A stretch of 64,000 nt of DNA from Schizochytrium sp. TIO01 (GCA_004764695.1 SMSO01000035.1:3236040-3300039); one strand, 5' to 3'. Shown: positions 14,801 to 26,266, counted from the first letter of the stretch. Program-made: numbers and translations. The notes: generated from the sequence alone by a model not told the origin.

Positions 14801-16185
14801 CTGAAGCTGGTTCCTATAGTGCCTGGGCAGAAAGTGATGTGGAATCACTTTTACAGGACTGCAAGACAGGGTATCAAGACGAAGCAGTGTTTGAAGAATT
14901 TCTAAAAGCTCTTGAGGAGACGGTTCATGACAAGATCCAGGCGCACTTATCGTCCCTTGATTCGTTACAGGATATGCGTGGGCTTGCTCTTCGAGACCGC
15001 CACAGATCTTCATTAGGAACTGCCGATAGTGGTATGCTGGCAACATGGCAATTCGAGCAGCTTCTCAAATGCTTCACACAACTTCTTACTCCAAGGCTTC
15101 GAGACAATATCCGTTCCCCACAGGCTAAGATTGAAAGTGAACGTGTCGCAGAACTGTTTCGCGTAGGAAAACCGGGATATCAGTTTGCCAAGGATTGCAC
15201 ACTTACCTCGAATGCAGCAAATTCTGGCAAACTCTGCATAGCCAGTGGTCTTCTGGCTAAAATCGAGGCAGTCACAACAAAGGGGCTTGATTGGTCTGGT
15301 TTTCTCCTGTTTGCATTATGCTGGGAACAACTGATGCAAGCTCAACGTATGGCCTTGCGAGATACAACTCCCTCTGCAACTTGTAACACAAATCCCCTAC
15401 AGCGACCTCAAAGTGCTCCAGCAATTCGCACACGCAATCATGTCTTACATGATGATAACAGTTTCAATGCTAATCTTCTCCGGGATTCCAAGTCTCCTAA
15501 ATCACATCGGCAGGGGAAGCTTCGGTTACCTTCACGCCTGGCTCCTCTTGCTCCACGTGAAGATGCTTGTGCTGTCTGCGGTTTCGAATACAAGCTTGAG
15601 AACCTTACTGAAACTCTGACTCCAGATGAGGCGCGCGAAAAACTGAGTGAATGGCGGCACATAAAGAACTTAGATTCAATCGGAATCGACAAGTCAAATG
15701 TCACGGAGTTAGCGTGCCGCGTCTCCCAGTCTCGTGAGATCAGGGTATGCTCAGTTTGCGCTTTACATTTTAATGTACCAGAAGGAAAGCTCGCTCAACA
15801 AATTCACTCTCGATATGCTGCATTGCGGCATATTGAAGAAGACCCAATGGAAGCATGCCTCGAGCGTCTTGGAATTAAAAATCATGAGCTCCGGACTGTT
15901 CGACAGCTGTGCAGATCTGTGGGGATTTCGCTTATCAAAGCTCAGACACGAATTAGACACTGGCGTGATCTCAATCGTGTCAGTAAGCTAGCATCTGTGG
16001 CATCGTTACGGCTTCAGTGGTGGTGGAGAAGTGTTCGCCTTCGTTGGGCACGAGCTCCGCGCCCTCCCCCTACACTCTCTTGTGAAAAGCAGATGGAACT
16101 TACAATGGAGGAAATGGAGAATCTTCTTGCTGAACAAATGCATGATGAACATAATCGCCGATATCGAGCGTGGCGAAATATGTGA
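11836..16185 (+). CDS. 1449-aa multidomain protein: BRO1-like N-terminal domain, two CxxC...CxxC modules, F-type lectin/F5-8C galactose-binding-like domain, IQ-like motif
   Basis: Long open ORF. NLAVNRFASQSS...NAVD...PWWQLDLG...GRFVRVQL...CQVFG is an FTP/discoidin pattern. LRVEAIC...ATKLYRQGAG...LICAQ is BRO1-like. LQWWWR is IQ-like. Confidence 0.8.
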   Translation: MPQEEDDIDDTSRLVSAVDSTRVRVLSEVTPRIPWPRTEHVDFDELVRRRRRRGEELRMADALWDRGPEVRALVQLTAEKRGLIEEVLLDVAAATTRFESVLETLENQEIDLVNILSEYLGLLLIFIETQDQEIRESPKDFLLQNFSSEWSGILSVEKVTTNTLRVEAICAFIATACIQGYMARFTVDSILNKMNVEFIAQKDMDNALIAATKLYRQGAGIAHQARTWATEQEINFVMGIGAVQDICKELADNFLICAQTLCAGTFACKSQIKDLKMAALLCETAAMTISHRNLRLSKRERYRNGFPKDASAVLLGFYYLYLAEAAVLEHRRGPWSIYLWLNALCFRQATSKHSTWLHLQPLIKSEDHIKQMSRDLPDDAFTWRHRWHDRILGIVVSIIDEPVGNLVVEAVPLELRLSDRKADISERKKVVEVQQLAKKSIIRHYATVAHARDVSQTRQTLAVEPWKYGIERLRACHHRLEFDDDDYDGDDDINDEAGNNAEDIDEEILRTRQEETIVKSPVTPSKRKSSLHKNGHRRHISFVQGQGARCKPVPMMEENINQRSSSLIGLRLDDDKQENEESEDEDYNTSSPEPRLPAASYIHYDAFTGARERVFAGKSPFRPKSSHEIEKLIKERSKVPCGLCEHEYPVDQLISCATKRGISKIKTMWGAFQKDSKVRAHALVHTSTKVCVFCEQFFTVPFEMLKPPHRVEKTVLRPTETQQDRDIETMILESIQSMNEDNFQHLSADQRQGIFSGTSALSKLPSDAINLAVNRFASQSSTHDKKYCALNAVDDNLFGAPAKTAKQTEPWWQLDLGVLANIHSIRLWTGEQRLRARIVHVLIARTSFSEKRTLSQAVEHAHAHYRFAFSSRVLEWCPQLRGRFVRVQLEAIDEQLSLVQCQVFGQRVMEQAPIATSTQVSPLNKRPSLTKSHTSAPMQELSSQERVEAHLKHFRFNIENYPRLKKPDFTRVCMLIHIPGSKSSKAKKTEAGSYSAWAESDVESLLQDCKTGYQDEAVFEEFLKALEETVHDKIQAHLSSLDSLQDMRGLALRDRHRSSLGTADSGMLATWQFEQLLKCFTQLLTPRLRDNIRSPQAKIESERVAELFRVGKPGYQFAKDCTLTSNAANSGKLCIASGLLAKIEAVTTKGLDWSGFLLFALCWEQLMQAQRMALRDTTPSATCNTNPLQRPQSAPAIRTRNHVLHDDNSFNANLLRDSKSPKSHRQGKLRLPSRLAPLAPREDACAVCGFEYKLENLTETLTPDEAREKLSEWRHIKNLDSIGIDKSNVTELACRVSQSREIRVCSVCALHFNVPEGKLAQQIHSRYAALRHIEEDPMEACLERLGIKNHELRTVRQLCRSVGISLIKAQTRIRHWRDLNRVSKLASVASLRLQWWWRSVRLRWARAPRPPPTLSCEKQMELTMEEMENLLAEQMHDEHNRRYRAWRNM

Positions 16186-16410
16186 AGTACACATTTTGTG
16201 AAACTCGAATGAATACAGCACCACCAGAATGATTATCTTTTTCTGCTTTCTGTTTTATAGTCTAAACATTTAAGTTTCATAAATTTGCCAAAGTTACCAT
16301 CTTGTAGGTTCAAGCGTGCAAACGGTATAAGTATGTCGCATTGCAAATGCTAATGAAAATAAAAGTATTTATGGTAAAAGTGAAAAAATGTGTTTACGAT
16401 AATGGATGGA

Positions 16411-17643
16411 TTACATAAGGGCGGTCTCTTTCTCGAGTTGAGTAATAACCTTGTTGAGTGTGGGAAGCTTCATAATAATAACCTGCGCTTGGCGGGGACG
16501 ATGCTTTTGGGGAACAGCGCCCTTAGCCTTACCTTCAACAACCACCTTTGTTGCCAGCCTCACGGGAAAATCAATTTCCGCCTTCTTAACCAAGTCCTCG
16601 TCCTCGTAGTGCAAGAAGAGGGGGTCTTCAGTAAGGCTCTGACTCGATTCCTTTGGTGTCTTGCTTCCCTTTTTCGGGGTCTTGCCCTTATCGCCCACCT
16701 CGTTGTCGTCTTCATCTTCTTCTTCACTGTCCTCGACATCGCTGTTATCGCTTTCTACGAGATCCTTCTCTACATCGGCACGCTCATTTCCAGCAAAGCA
16801 CGGGGCAAGAAACATGACGTATTTAAAGTCAAACATATCTGCCGAACCTCCAGTCTCACCAACATTTTCACGAGCCCACTTGATATCTTCGTACAACATA
16901 CGGAGCAAAGGGGGAGCAAGTTGACCGGGCATATTCACAAGGCGCTCGGAAACAACCCAGGCAAGACCCTCTTCGAATGCACCTTCCAGATCACTTTTCT
17001 TGGAGGCCGGGCACGCTCCAACAAGCCACTCCTTAAGATTTGCAAAGTAGGCCTTCTTTTGGTAGTGGTTGAATGCAATCGCAGAAGCAAAGCCATAAAC
17101 CTCTTTATCCACACAAATAGTTGTACCAACAGCACCCTGCTCAGTGATATCCCCAGCGAGCTCACTAAGGTCTGGTGCAATTTTGGGCATCAGCCCAGCG
17201 GTACCTTGCATGATCAGGGCCTTAATCATAGCGAAGTCATCCTCCTTGGGGTCGCAGAACTCGAACTCCACATTAAGGAGCTTGCTTTCCTTATCTCCTT
17301 TACCCTTCTGGTTCTTTCCCTGCTGATCTTCCTCGTCACTTTCGTTGGTAGGTTGCATGAGGATCTTCTCGAGGCCGTCCTCGTCGCTGTCAAATTCATC
17401 GTCCTCTTCAGCAAGTTCATCTCCAACATCGCGCATTTCGCCATCAGAAGAATCATCTTCGGAAGAGTCATCCTCAAGGGCTTCTTGAACTTGCTTCTTC
17501 GACTTTTTTTTATCATCCTTAACCTTGGCCTTTTCCTGCTCCTTGGCGACCTTCAGGTCCACTTCTTCTGCGTCTTTCTCCATGGTGCGCTGCCGCTTCC
17601 GAGCAGGTTCCTTCTGTGACTTGCGGTTCGCAGGCGGAGCCAT
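16411..17643 (-). CDS. BCCIP: BCCIP/Bcp1 family protein (ribosome biogenesis/nuclear export)
   Basis: NVEFEFCDP..DDF..IKAL, DLSELA..I..Q..VGT, YGF and VSERLVNMP.QLAPPL motifs; acidic N-terminus; first ATG at 17643. Confidence 0.88.
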   Translation of the reverse strand: MAPPANRKSQKEPARKRQRTMEKDAEEVDLKVAKEQEKAKVKDDKKKSKKQVQEALEDDSSEDDSSDGEMRDVGDELAEEDDEFDSDEDGLEKILMQPTNESDEEDQQGKNQKGKGDKESKLLNVEFEFCDPKEDDFAMIKALIMQGTAGLMPKIAPDLSELAGDITEQGAVGTTICVDKEVYGFASAIAFNHYQKKAYFANLKEWLVGACPASKKSDLEGAFEEGLAWVVSERLVNMPGQLAPPLLRMLYEDIKWARENVGETGGSADMFDFKYVMFLAPCFAGNERADVEKDLVESDNSDVEDSEEEDEDDNEVGDKGKTPKKGSKTPKESSQSLTEDPLFLHYEDEDLVKKAEIDFPVRLATKVVVEGKAKGAVPQKHRPRQAQVIIMKLPTLNKVITQLEKETALM

Positions 17644-18513
17644 GATATTCAAGAGCTTCTACAAAAAAACCTAAACTTTATTCCAGCTTTACACGCTCCA
17701 AAGCGCAAGAGTTATGGTGCGTCGCGAGCGCTCCATCGAGCACAGCCAGTAACTTGCCAAGCAGCGCCTCCACTTATAATACTTCCATTCAATGACCATC
17801 TAAAGGACTAAGGACTACGCATATAGCAGTCACTAAGAGACCGCTAGCGCTCATATTACTACTATAAAAGAGTGCCACGATGCAGACTGAGCAACCCGAA
17901 TCTATTTGAGGACTGCGCAACCCAGGACTGGTCCGTTTTAGGTGTGCGCAATGCGTGTGCACTAGAGTCCCCGCAGAATGGTCTCCCCGGCGGCGCGGAG
18001 ACGACAGGCGAGACGGCAAGAGCGCGGATTTTGATGGGTGAAGATGAAGCAGAATCCACAAGCGCCGGGAGCGGCTTGAACGGAGGTGATCGTTGAGATC
18101 TAGGAGGTAGAAGCTATAATAAATCTCGAAGTTCTTGCGTTGGTGGAAACAGAAGAAGCCATTTTCATTTCATTGGCGGCTGGATTATTTAAATATTATT
18201 AAACTCAAGTTGCTAGACTGGCGAGGTTTTTGTTTCGATAGGACTGCTTTTGCTCGTATTGCCGATGGACTGAGTGGTTTTGTTCACTGAAGGAGTAAAC
18301 GAACCTATAGTGACGCAACTTGGTGATATATACATATAGGTTGAACGTATTACAATAGAGCTTGAAGCCAATTTGATTAGCAGGTTCTAAAGACTGAAAA
18401 GTGCCGGAGCTGTGCCCCCCTACTTTTGCGTAAGGGGTCTAATCACAGCGCTCCTCAGCAAACGCACTATTTGTGTGATATTTTAGCTAATTAGGAGAGT
18501 CAGGTATTGAACC

Positions 18514-19530
18514 ATGTCCTCCACTGCGTTGAGACAAGAAAAGTCAGCTCGTCGAAGGAAAAGGTTCAACAAGGCTCCCGTGCCATCCATTCCGTCGAAG
18601 TTTGAGACCCTTTTGCCAACGAGCCATGGCGTGAATAAGGGTTTTGGTAAAAGTTCATACAGATTTGAGGGTGATCAGCACGTACACGATTTGCCTGGCC
18701 CAGGATCCTATTATCGCCCTCATTTATCAGCAAATGAAGACATATCATTCAGCCGCAAGGGATATGGAGCGATTGTTTCAAAAACAGAGAGGTTTTCGAG
18801 AGATCCTGACGATGATGAGGCTATACCAGGACCGGGTTACTACAATACATCCTTCTATGCACCTACCACGAGTGATTTCAGCGTTGGTGGAACCTCTGCA
18901 TTTAAGTGCGCACCAAGGGCTGAGACGGCTGGCCCTTTCGGCAGCAAAAATACACCTAGTCCTGGTCAGTATGACCTCTGTAAGACGCATACACCACGAT
19001 ACAAAAAATCTACAAAATCATCTTCCTTTGCATCTGAAACAAAACGTGGCTGGATCATCAAAAATGAATCCCCCGCGCCTGGTGCATATAAAGTTACAGA
19101 AAATACCAGATGGGCTTCTGCATCAGGCGCAGCATGCGCGTTTCGCTCAAGGTCACAACGAGGTAATGAACTCATTCCACGAAACCATTTGTTCACTCCT
19201 GCCCCAGGACAATATGATGGAATGAGCAAACCAATCAGACCCAAGACAGAAGGTGCAAAGCCAAGTTCTATGTTTGCGAATACCAGCCTTGATAGATTTG
19301 GTCGACCATACTTAAGACGTACTCTAGACGAAGAAACACCAGCACCAGGCTACTATGATCCACAACCATTTGGTGCTTTGTCAAAGTCCGGTGCTGTAAG
19401 TGCTTTTAAGACTTCCGTGAGAAAAGATCGCGAAGCAAGGCGTGCTGTCCCAGGCCCTGCCTACTATACTCCAAACAAGGTAGCTGATAAGAGGTCTTTT
19501 CATCTTAATTCTGGTACTCATTGGGTCTAA
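18514..19530 (+). CDS. Sperm-tail PG-rich (SHIPPO/STPG1-like) repeat protein, probably axonemal
   Basis: Seven P(G/A/S)PGxY-type repeats interleaved with S(A/S)F.S...R motifs. Confidence 0.85.
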   Translation: MSSTALRQEKSARRRKRFNKAPVPSIPSKFETLLPTSHGVNKGFGKSSYRFEGDQHVHDLPGPGSYYRPHLSANEDISFSRKGYGAIVSKTERFSRDPDDDEAIPGPGYYNTSFYAPTTSDFSVGGTSAFKCAPRAETAGPFGSKNTPSPGQYDLCKTHTPRYKKSTKSSSFASETKRGWIIKNESPAPGAYKVTENTRWASASGAACAFRSRSQRGNELIPRNHLFTPAPGQYDGMSKPIRPKTEGAKPSSMFANTSLDRFGRPYLRRTLDEETPAPGYYDPQPFGALSKSGAVSAFKTSVRKDREARRAVPGPAYYTPNKVADKRSFHLNSGTHWV

Positions 19531-20145
19531 AGAGTACCAAAACTTTTATTCTTTTCATGCCACGCTACGGGATGTGGAAACTCCGTTGGAGTGTGTATTT
19601 GTAAAATGAACCATAACAAAACATTGATTTACTTTTCGAGCTAGCATATTTATCTTGAGATCAAATGAGTTCTGGATATTTTTATTTTCTACTCACTCTA
19701 GGTGAAGTTTTCCATAAAGCTGGTCGCCTTATATGGTTCTCTATCCCTTCTCTACAAAGCACACTCGGCCTTAATTTTCTAAAGAGTTGGGGCTAATCGA
19801 AAGAGGAGCGGAAAGGGTACAAGAACACTTCTAAGAAACGAGTAAAGGCATTTGCGTCACTGGGAGGCTGTGACACGCAAAAGCTTAATGAGAAGAGGAC
19901 TGACAATTTTAAGTTTAAAAATTAAGTGAAGAGAGTTTGCTCAGGGCAAATTCTCGTTTATAAAAAAAGAAACTGGGACAACGTTAAAGTTGAAGCCTGT
20001 GCTATATTTGTTCCGAGTGTTTGAGAAGCACCAGCGGCAGCAGCAGTCGTTCCCGTATACATACAACAAACTCTGTTCTCACGCAGTCCAACTGGAGTTA
20101 ACACAAGTATTTTCTTGATGATATGTTGAGGTTAAATTGTCGTGC

Positions 20146-22224
20146 CTACTCAGCCTCAATGGACTCCATCAGCTCCGCATAGCGCTTGGAAAGGGTCTGA
20201 AGTTTTTGGTTTCCACCAGTTTTATCCGCGTTAAACTTTTTGGCCTTCATGCGGAGACCCTCAAGAGCATCTGCATCTTTAGTCTCACCACGCTCAAGAT
20301 CCTTAATAGCTTCGAGAGTATCAGCCTCCGCTGTCATCGCGTCACTAATGGAGAGAAGAATAGGAAGAGATTCTTCAAGCTGGCGCGTAAAGAGCATAAC
20401 TTGCTTGCGGGCCTTTTCAGCCCCAGCGTCATCACCAGCCTGAACACAAGCCTCAACCTTTTGCATAGACTTCGAAACCTCAATGGAGAGAAAGAGGTTG
20501 AGAAAGTTGGAAATGCCAAAACCACCGCAAGAGGGTTTGATAGGCACACATGCGCCATCGGCCTGTTTCTTTTGGCTGCACACGCGCTGAATGTACTCGG
20601 TGAACGGTGCTTCGTCATTGGCATCCCGCATGAGAATGTTACAACTGAAGATTTGGAATAGTGCATCCTTGCCTTGAACATCTACCAAGATGTTGTTGCG
20701 ACGAATGGAAAGATATGTTTCCTCGTTGAAGTGGTCACCAAGAAGCTTGTACGTGTTAGAATACCGCGCACGCTTAATTGCCGAACGGAGGCGGTCTAAC
20801 ATCGGCACCGACTCAATAAAGGCCAACGCCTGGGTAATTTGCGCGTCTGTGACGTCAATGCGAACAATGCCTGTCACTGAAAGGATGCCCGCAGTCTGAA
20901 GCTCGTGCACAATACGACCACGCACGGTCTGATCCTCAACAAAGCTAAGATCACGTTCAGCATTCAACATGCCATAGTAAGCAGCCGGAATGTTCAAGAA
21001 CGACAATCCACGGCCAGTCATCTTGCGATAGTTATTCACACGCTCGATAAATCCAATGAGGTTCTCGACCCGACTGGCAAGATGTTGTACACCCTGACCA
21101 ATTTGCTTCAAGAAGCCATGTACATGACCGACTTCCGTTAGAGCATTGTTAATTGGTAGATACACCTGCGATTGGTCCCTAAGAGCCTCCTTGCTGTCGC
21201 ACATGATCTTGCCATTGTTGTTTCCTGATACAGTACTTTCAATTTGAGCGCGACCTGCTGCAATAACTCCAGCATTGAAGTCTACCTTGGGTGTGAACCC
21301 AAGTACATCCTCAAGTACCTGGAGAAAGGAGTGACGGTCAACAACATTGCTAACCCAGTGATCGGCATAGGCTGGGATACTGGTACCATCGAAGTTAGCT
21401 TCCACATCTTCGAGTCCGGGTAAGACGCCTTGAGGGTTGCCAAAGCCAGGGCGAACGGCATATGTTCCCTCGCGATGCACCAAGCGCAAAATCACTGCCT
21501 TGTCCGCAGGGGAGCCTTCTGCACCTTCATAATAGGCATAAGCCTCAAGAATCTCCATGGAACCCAGAACTACACTCTCCTTACCATTGATCGTACGACG
21601 GTCCTCAAAAGTCTCAACCCCAATAAGCAGATTTGGGTGCTTCTCTTCGTAGCGCTTGCGCACAACATCCATTGAGTCGCGTTCCGGGAGCTCAAAGGCA
21701 AGAGCAGAAATTCCCTGAAATCCGCGCTTGACCTTGAAGAAGCGCTCCAAGTTATGGGCCGCAAAGTGGCGATACGGCTCGGGCTGGCCAGATTTGGTGT
21801 TCTTCTCCAGTGCCGTTGCAACAATTTTCACGCCACGAGAATCTTGCGATGTTACAAGGACAGAACGAGTTCCAGCGCCCACATATTCAGCGGTTACGCG
21901 CCAACCAAGACCAAAGATCAGCTGTTCCACTACGTCCTGCTTTGCAGGCGTAAATTTTGCAGGATCTGCAAGCTCATAATCGAACTCCTTGCAAAGCTCT
22001 TCGTAGCGTTCGCGTCCTTCTCGCAGACGCTCTGGCAGAGCAGTATCCGGTTCGAGGTAGGTAACACGTCCAGAGAAAGGGTCATAGCTCGTGCCCATAG
22101 CAGCAAGCCGGTTAAGAATTTTCTCCATCTTTTTGTAATTCTCCAAGGGTTGCAGTTCGTCCACGTACATCTGTACATGGTGGAACTCACAGCCAAATTC
22201 CTTCGCGTCAACCGGAGTTGTCAT
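20146..22224 (-). CDS. HPD: 4-hydroxyphenylpyruvate dioxygenase-like protein (extended, 692 aa)
   Basis: FHHVQMYV; predicted Fe-ligand triad in DHWVSN, GVQHLA and FTEYIQR; LPINN, ILVD...LFQIFS and CGGFGxxNF motifs. Confidence 0.85.
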   Translation of the reverse strand: MTTPVDAKEFGCEFHHVQMYVDELQPLENYKKMEKILNRLAAMGTSYDPFSGRVTYLEPDTALPERLREGRERYEELCKEFDYELADPAKFTPAKQDVVEQLIFGLGWRVTAEYVGAGTRSVLVTSQDSRGVKIVATALEKNTKSGQPEPYRHFAAHNLERFFKVKRGFQGISALAFELPERDSMDVVRKRYEEKHPNLLIGVETFEDRRTINGKESVVLGSMEILEAYAYYEGAEGSPADKAVILRLVHREGTYAVRPGFGNPQGVLPGLEDVEANFDGTSIPAYADHWVSNVVDRHSFLQVLEDVLGFTPKVDFNAGVIAAGRAQIESTVSGNNNGKIMCDSKEALRDQSQVYLPINNALTEVGHVHGFLKQIGQGVQHLASRVENLIGFIERVNNYRKMTGRGLSFLNIPAAYYGMLNAERDLSFVEDQTVRGRIVHELQTAGILSVTGIVRIDVTDAQITQALAFIESVPMLDRLRSAIKRARYSNTYKLLGDHFNEETYLSIRRNNILVDVQGKDALFQIFSCNILMRDANDEAPFTEYIQRVCSQKKQADGACVPIKPSCGGFGISNFLNLFLSIEVSKSMQKVEACVQAGDDAGAEKARKQVMLFTRQLEESLPILLSISDAMTAEADTLEAIKDLERGETKDADALEGLRMKAKKFNADKTGGNQKLQTLSKRYAELMESIEAE

Positions 22225-24491
22225 TTTCCTTAAATGGTTTCTCTCAGCTTTCGTATCTGACTTCCAGCGTTAACTCTGTCTTGAGCCAAAGTAAATAAAT
22301 GCCAATCAAGTCCTCTATCTCGACCTGCTTGTGATCTTAGTGCCTAGATCCTCTCGCGAGCGGCCTTTGTCTTCCCTCCTGTGTTTTGGTACCACCTCTG
22401 AAATAGACAAGACTAGGTATTACCTACGCCTATTTCAAGAAGAAAACTCTTTCCTCTCTTATCACTACTATCGCAACGGAAGAAAAAGCGATCATGAAGC
22501 AAGCGAGCATGAAGCAAGCAAGCGATCGTGGTCGGTTGTTCCAGCTGTCAAAGTCAGTCCTCGTGTCTCTCTCGTGGCCACCCTCAGTGCTCGTGCTTCC
22601 CCGGCGACGGGCGCTCCTGAGCAGGAGGGCAGAGTTCTCGCGGAGAGGAACTCGCTTCTGAGGAACTCGCTCGCGTCCCATTTTGCCCGGCATTCAAGCA
22701 CTCGTCCACTTCCAAAACCTCTTCTCTTCAAAGCCTCCGCTCAGGCCCAAACTTACCTACAGCCGCAAGCAGCCAGGTCTGCGTCAACTTCCTCCTTCGT
22801 GCAAAGCAGAACCTTCGCCAAAGTCCTTTTCGAGTTTTGGATTTGCTTTCTCTGTTTTTGGATTTTGGATTCTTTTTTGACGGATTTGATTTCTTCTCCT
22901 TCTCATCAACTTGTGCCCCAAAATTACCACACATACTAAACTCGTATTTAAATCTCCATCACAAGTTACTACCTAGCCAAAGTCTCGCGAGAAACCTATG
23001 TAGAAATTGACATTCCGCCTCGAAATTTTCAGCTCTTACTGTCAATAACTACTGATACCAATACGCAGATTTTGTAATCCCTCCTCCGTTACTCTGTTTT
23101 GCTAAGGCCGCTCAAAGCGCAGAGTTCCCTCCTCAGATTCGCTCCTCCATCGTTTGACCCAAATTCGCTTCTCGCGGGAGTTCTATGCCTGTATCCCTCT
23201 ATACCCCCTTCACCATAGGTACCTTATAATTTATCTTAACAACCTTGGGGGTCTGGATAGGATTTATCCGGGTCTCGCCAGTTTTGTGATCCGAACAACC
23301 CATTTTCAATTTTCAAATCCTCTTCCCCTTCCCACAGTACCCACAATTACCACACCACCGCCTTATAATTACCTATATAAATTAATTTTCATCGCTTTGC
23401 GCATCGCGAAGCACGGCAGAATAAATATGGTTAAGCAGTAGCACCGGTTCCCCCAGTTTACGGAAAGTGTTCTGTCTCCCCTTTTGGAAGCTTGTATGAA
23501 AGTAAGAGACACGAACAATGAGAGAAAAAGGATTAGGGGGCTCTTACCACATATAGTGAAAACCTCGGTACCACGGTACCGAACTTTCGGCCTTGTTGAT
23601 AATATAGATTCAATAACCATCAAGTTTGTTTCTATTGGTTAGGAAAGGGAAAAAAAGTCACGAAAAAAAAAGTCGGCGCGGGGTCTTAGATAGTAGTTAT
23701 ATGGAGCTTTGAAGTGGATAAAATATATGTAACTTTAAAAGTAATACAGAAATAATATGGGGAGGTGGTCCCCACGGATGCTGACGAGAGACCTCGAAAT
23801 GACCTCGTTCTCGCTCGAGGTGGACCAGCAAAAGCCTGTCGTGTGAGTGAACGGCAGGGACTTCGGGGCGAGGACGAGCTGGAGGCGCTCTGATCACACC
23901 TGTGGCCCGAATAACGGGCCTAAGAAAGGTTTTGGGGGCTTTGGTTGCAAGATCCACACTACGTTGGCGTCCATCCATCCGATCGCTCGGCAGCCCGACT
24001 GTACTTGCCGACCTTGAAACTACTTTGCCAACCGACACAAAGCCTTCGTTGACCTCACGCCTGATCACGGTCAAAAACCTGTTGAGGAGTCATCTCCATC
24101 AGGGAAACGTTGCTGGCTAACCTAGTCCTTGCAAAGCAGTTCTTCTGGTTTTGGGATACAGCACAGAAACCCTGACCAATTAAATATACTTGACGACCAG
24201 GAGCGTGGTCTAATTAAGCTTTCTGCGTGAAGAAGCCTTCATTTGTGCAAAGGCACCTTGAATTGAGCATAACTAGGGCTTGTGAATATCCGTGTTAGGA
24301 GTGGAAGTGTAGGGTTCTTCTTCTCGGCAGGGCGCTTTCGATTGATTAGTTTGTTTAGTTTTTAGTTTTTGTTTTTTTGCGGGTTGCGCACGTTTTTGGG
24401 TTCTGCTAGATTGACTCTAAGACCTAGAGTTCCAGTCCTTTGACGTAATCTGCTGAGCCTGTAACGGGAGTTTTCTATTGAGGGGAGCATA

Positions 24492-25184
24492 ATGCCAAAG
24501 CGAAACAATGCAGACGATGAGCATCAGCTCAACATCATGACCAGGGGCACCCTTGCCATTGACATTGTCTCTGACGTTCTTTGCCCGTGGTGTTGGATTG
24601 GTAAACGCAACTTAGATGCTGCTATTCAACAAACAGGCCGTGCTGTGAACATTTCATGGAAGCCCTTTCTTCTTCGGCCCAACGTCCCTGAAGAGGGCTT
24701 GGCAAAACCGGTTCCTACTGCCAACAACCCTCGCGTGTCTGAAAGGCTTTTAGAAGCTGGCAGGAGCGCTGGCATTGAGTTCACTGATAAATGTGATCTC
24801 GTGCCAAATACTGTAAAAGCACATGCCCTTTTACAATATGCTGAATTCTACGGTCAACAAGGCACTCAGCATGCACTTGCGGAGATCCTTTTCCGCAAGT
24901 ACTTTATTGATGGCCAGTTTGTAGGCAACGACGAGGTGTTACGCGAGGCTGCTGTAGAGGCAGGTCTCGAAGACCCCGATAAAGCTCTTCTCTATGCGCA
25001 TAAGCCAGAGGTGCAGCAGGAGATTAAAGAAGATGCCGTAGCCAATGCTCGCCGTGGCATCACAAGTGTACCGACCTTTTTTGTGAATGGTCGTCCCATC
25101 TTCTCCGGCGCACAACCTGTATCCAAATTTCTTGAGCTGCTCACAGATGAAACAAAGCTTCTTGGCTTGTTTAGAGTAGACTAG
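24492..25184 (+). CDS. DsbA/FrnE-like thioredoxin-fold oxidoreductase
   Basis: IDIVSDVLCPWCWIGKRNL, WKPFLL, NTVKAH and GITSVPTF..NG...SGAQP. Confidence 0.92.
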   Translation: MPKRNNADDEHQLNIMTRGTLAIDIVSDVLCPWCWIGKRNLDAAIQQTGRAVNISWKPFLLRPNVPEEGLAKPVPTANNPRVSERLLEAGRSAGIEFTDKCDLVPNTVKAHALLQYAEFYGQQGTQHALAEILFRKYFIDGQFVGNDEVLREAAVEAGLEDPDKALLYAHKPEVQQEIKEDAVANARRGITSVPTFFVNGRPIFSGAQPVSKFLELLTDETKLLGLFRVD

Positions 25185-26230
25185 TCAATCATCCATAAAA
25201 TAAATAAAATAAAATGAAATAAAAAGATAAATATAATCATGCAATGATTTCTTTTCACAGAGAGCGCTGCACCAGGACGTACTTTGCTCGTGTTAATTAG
25301 ATGGCAAACACGTGGTGATGATGTGGGAGGGGGTTGAAAGCTAGCATTACATTTCAGACGATAAAATTGTTCCCATCTCAACCTCGAGTGAGAATATCGA
25401 AGATGCGGTATGGCTGATTGTAAAAAGTGGCTACAGTGTAGCAGCCAAACCGACTGCTTTCAGCCTTTTGCATTGTGACTCTTTGTTTCGGTATGATACT
25501 GCAGATAATCGATTTATAGCCAGAATGACTTACAGTTGAGAAAGGACTTTGTAATTTTTTTTTTTTTGGAAAAGAGCTTTCACGAACATGTGCCAAGTTG
25601 ACCCTATCTTCTAAATTCCAAGTGTCTGAGGTTTTACACTCTCAACTGCTTTGGTATAAGTTGTGAAAACATCTGGCCAGGGTTAAGCAACGTCTACCCA
25701 TGTTGTAACTAAGAGATTTATGGTCATTGTGATGCCATTTTCTAACTTTGCGCAGTTTTTTATTACATTCGGGCATCGGTCAGCCTGAAAAAGGTCAAAC
25801 CTAGACTACGTGCAGGAATTAAAGAGGACCACTGCCCCTAGTTTGCTTTGACTTCTCTTGGATCAGCCACTTTCAAAGCGGAAGCATCCTCTTCCAGGTC
25901 TTCAAAACTATACAGCTGCAGGCATCTATTCTGGGCATGCCATTGTCACACTAAGATGTACGTAGTAGTGTGTTCTCTGAGTTGAGAGCGGCTCTGCAAA
26001 CTTCATCATAAGAGGTTTGGTGCTTCTTTACTTGTGAAACAAGAATTAACCTGGAAAAAAAGGCATGCTAGGGTAGTACAACCACACTAAAACCGGAGTT
26101 CTCTGGAACCCTGCAGCTTGCGCTTGCCAAAGTGGACAACTAGGCTATATTTTTATCATGTCGTCGGTCACTAGTACGCAGATAGGTACAATTATAGGCG
26201 GTAAACATTCTCAAAATCTCTTTTGTTTCA

Positions 26231-26266
<36 letters not shown>

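Noticed and set aside
16390-17619. 409-aa + strand ORF
   Set aside because: Antisense shadow of BCCIP
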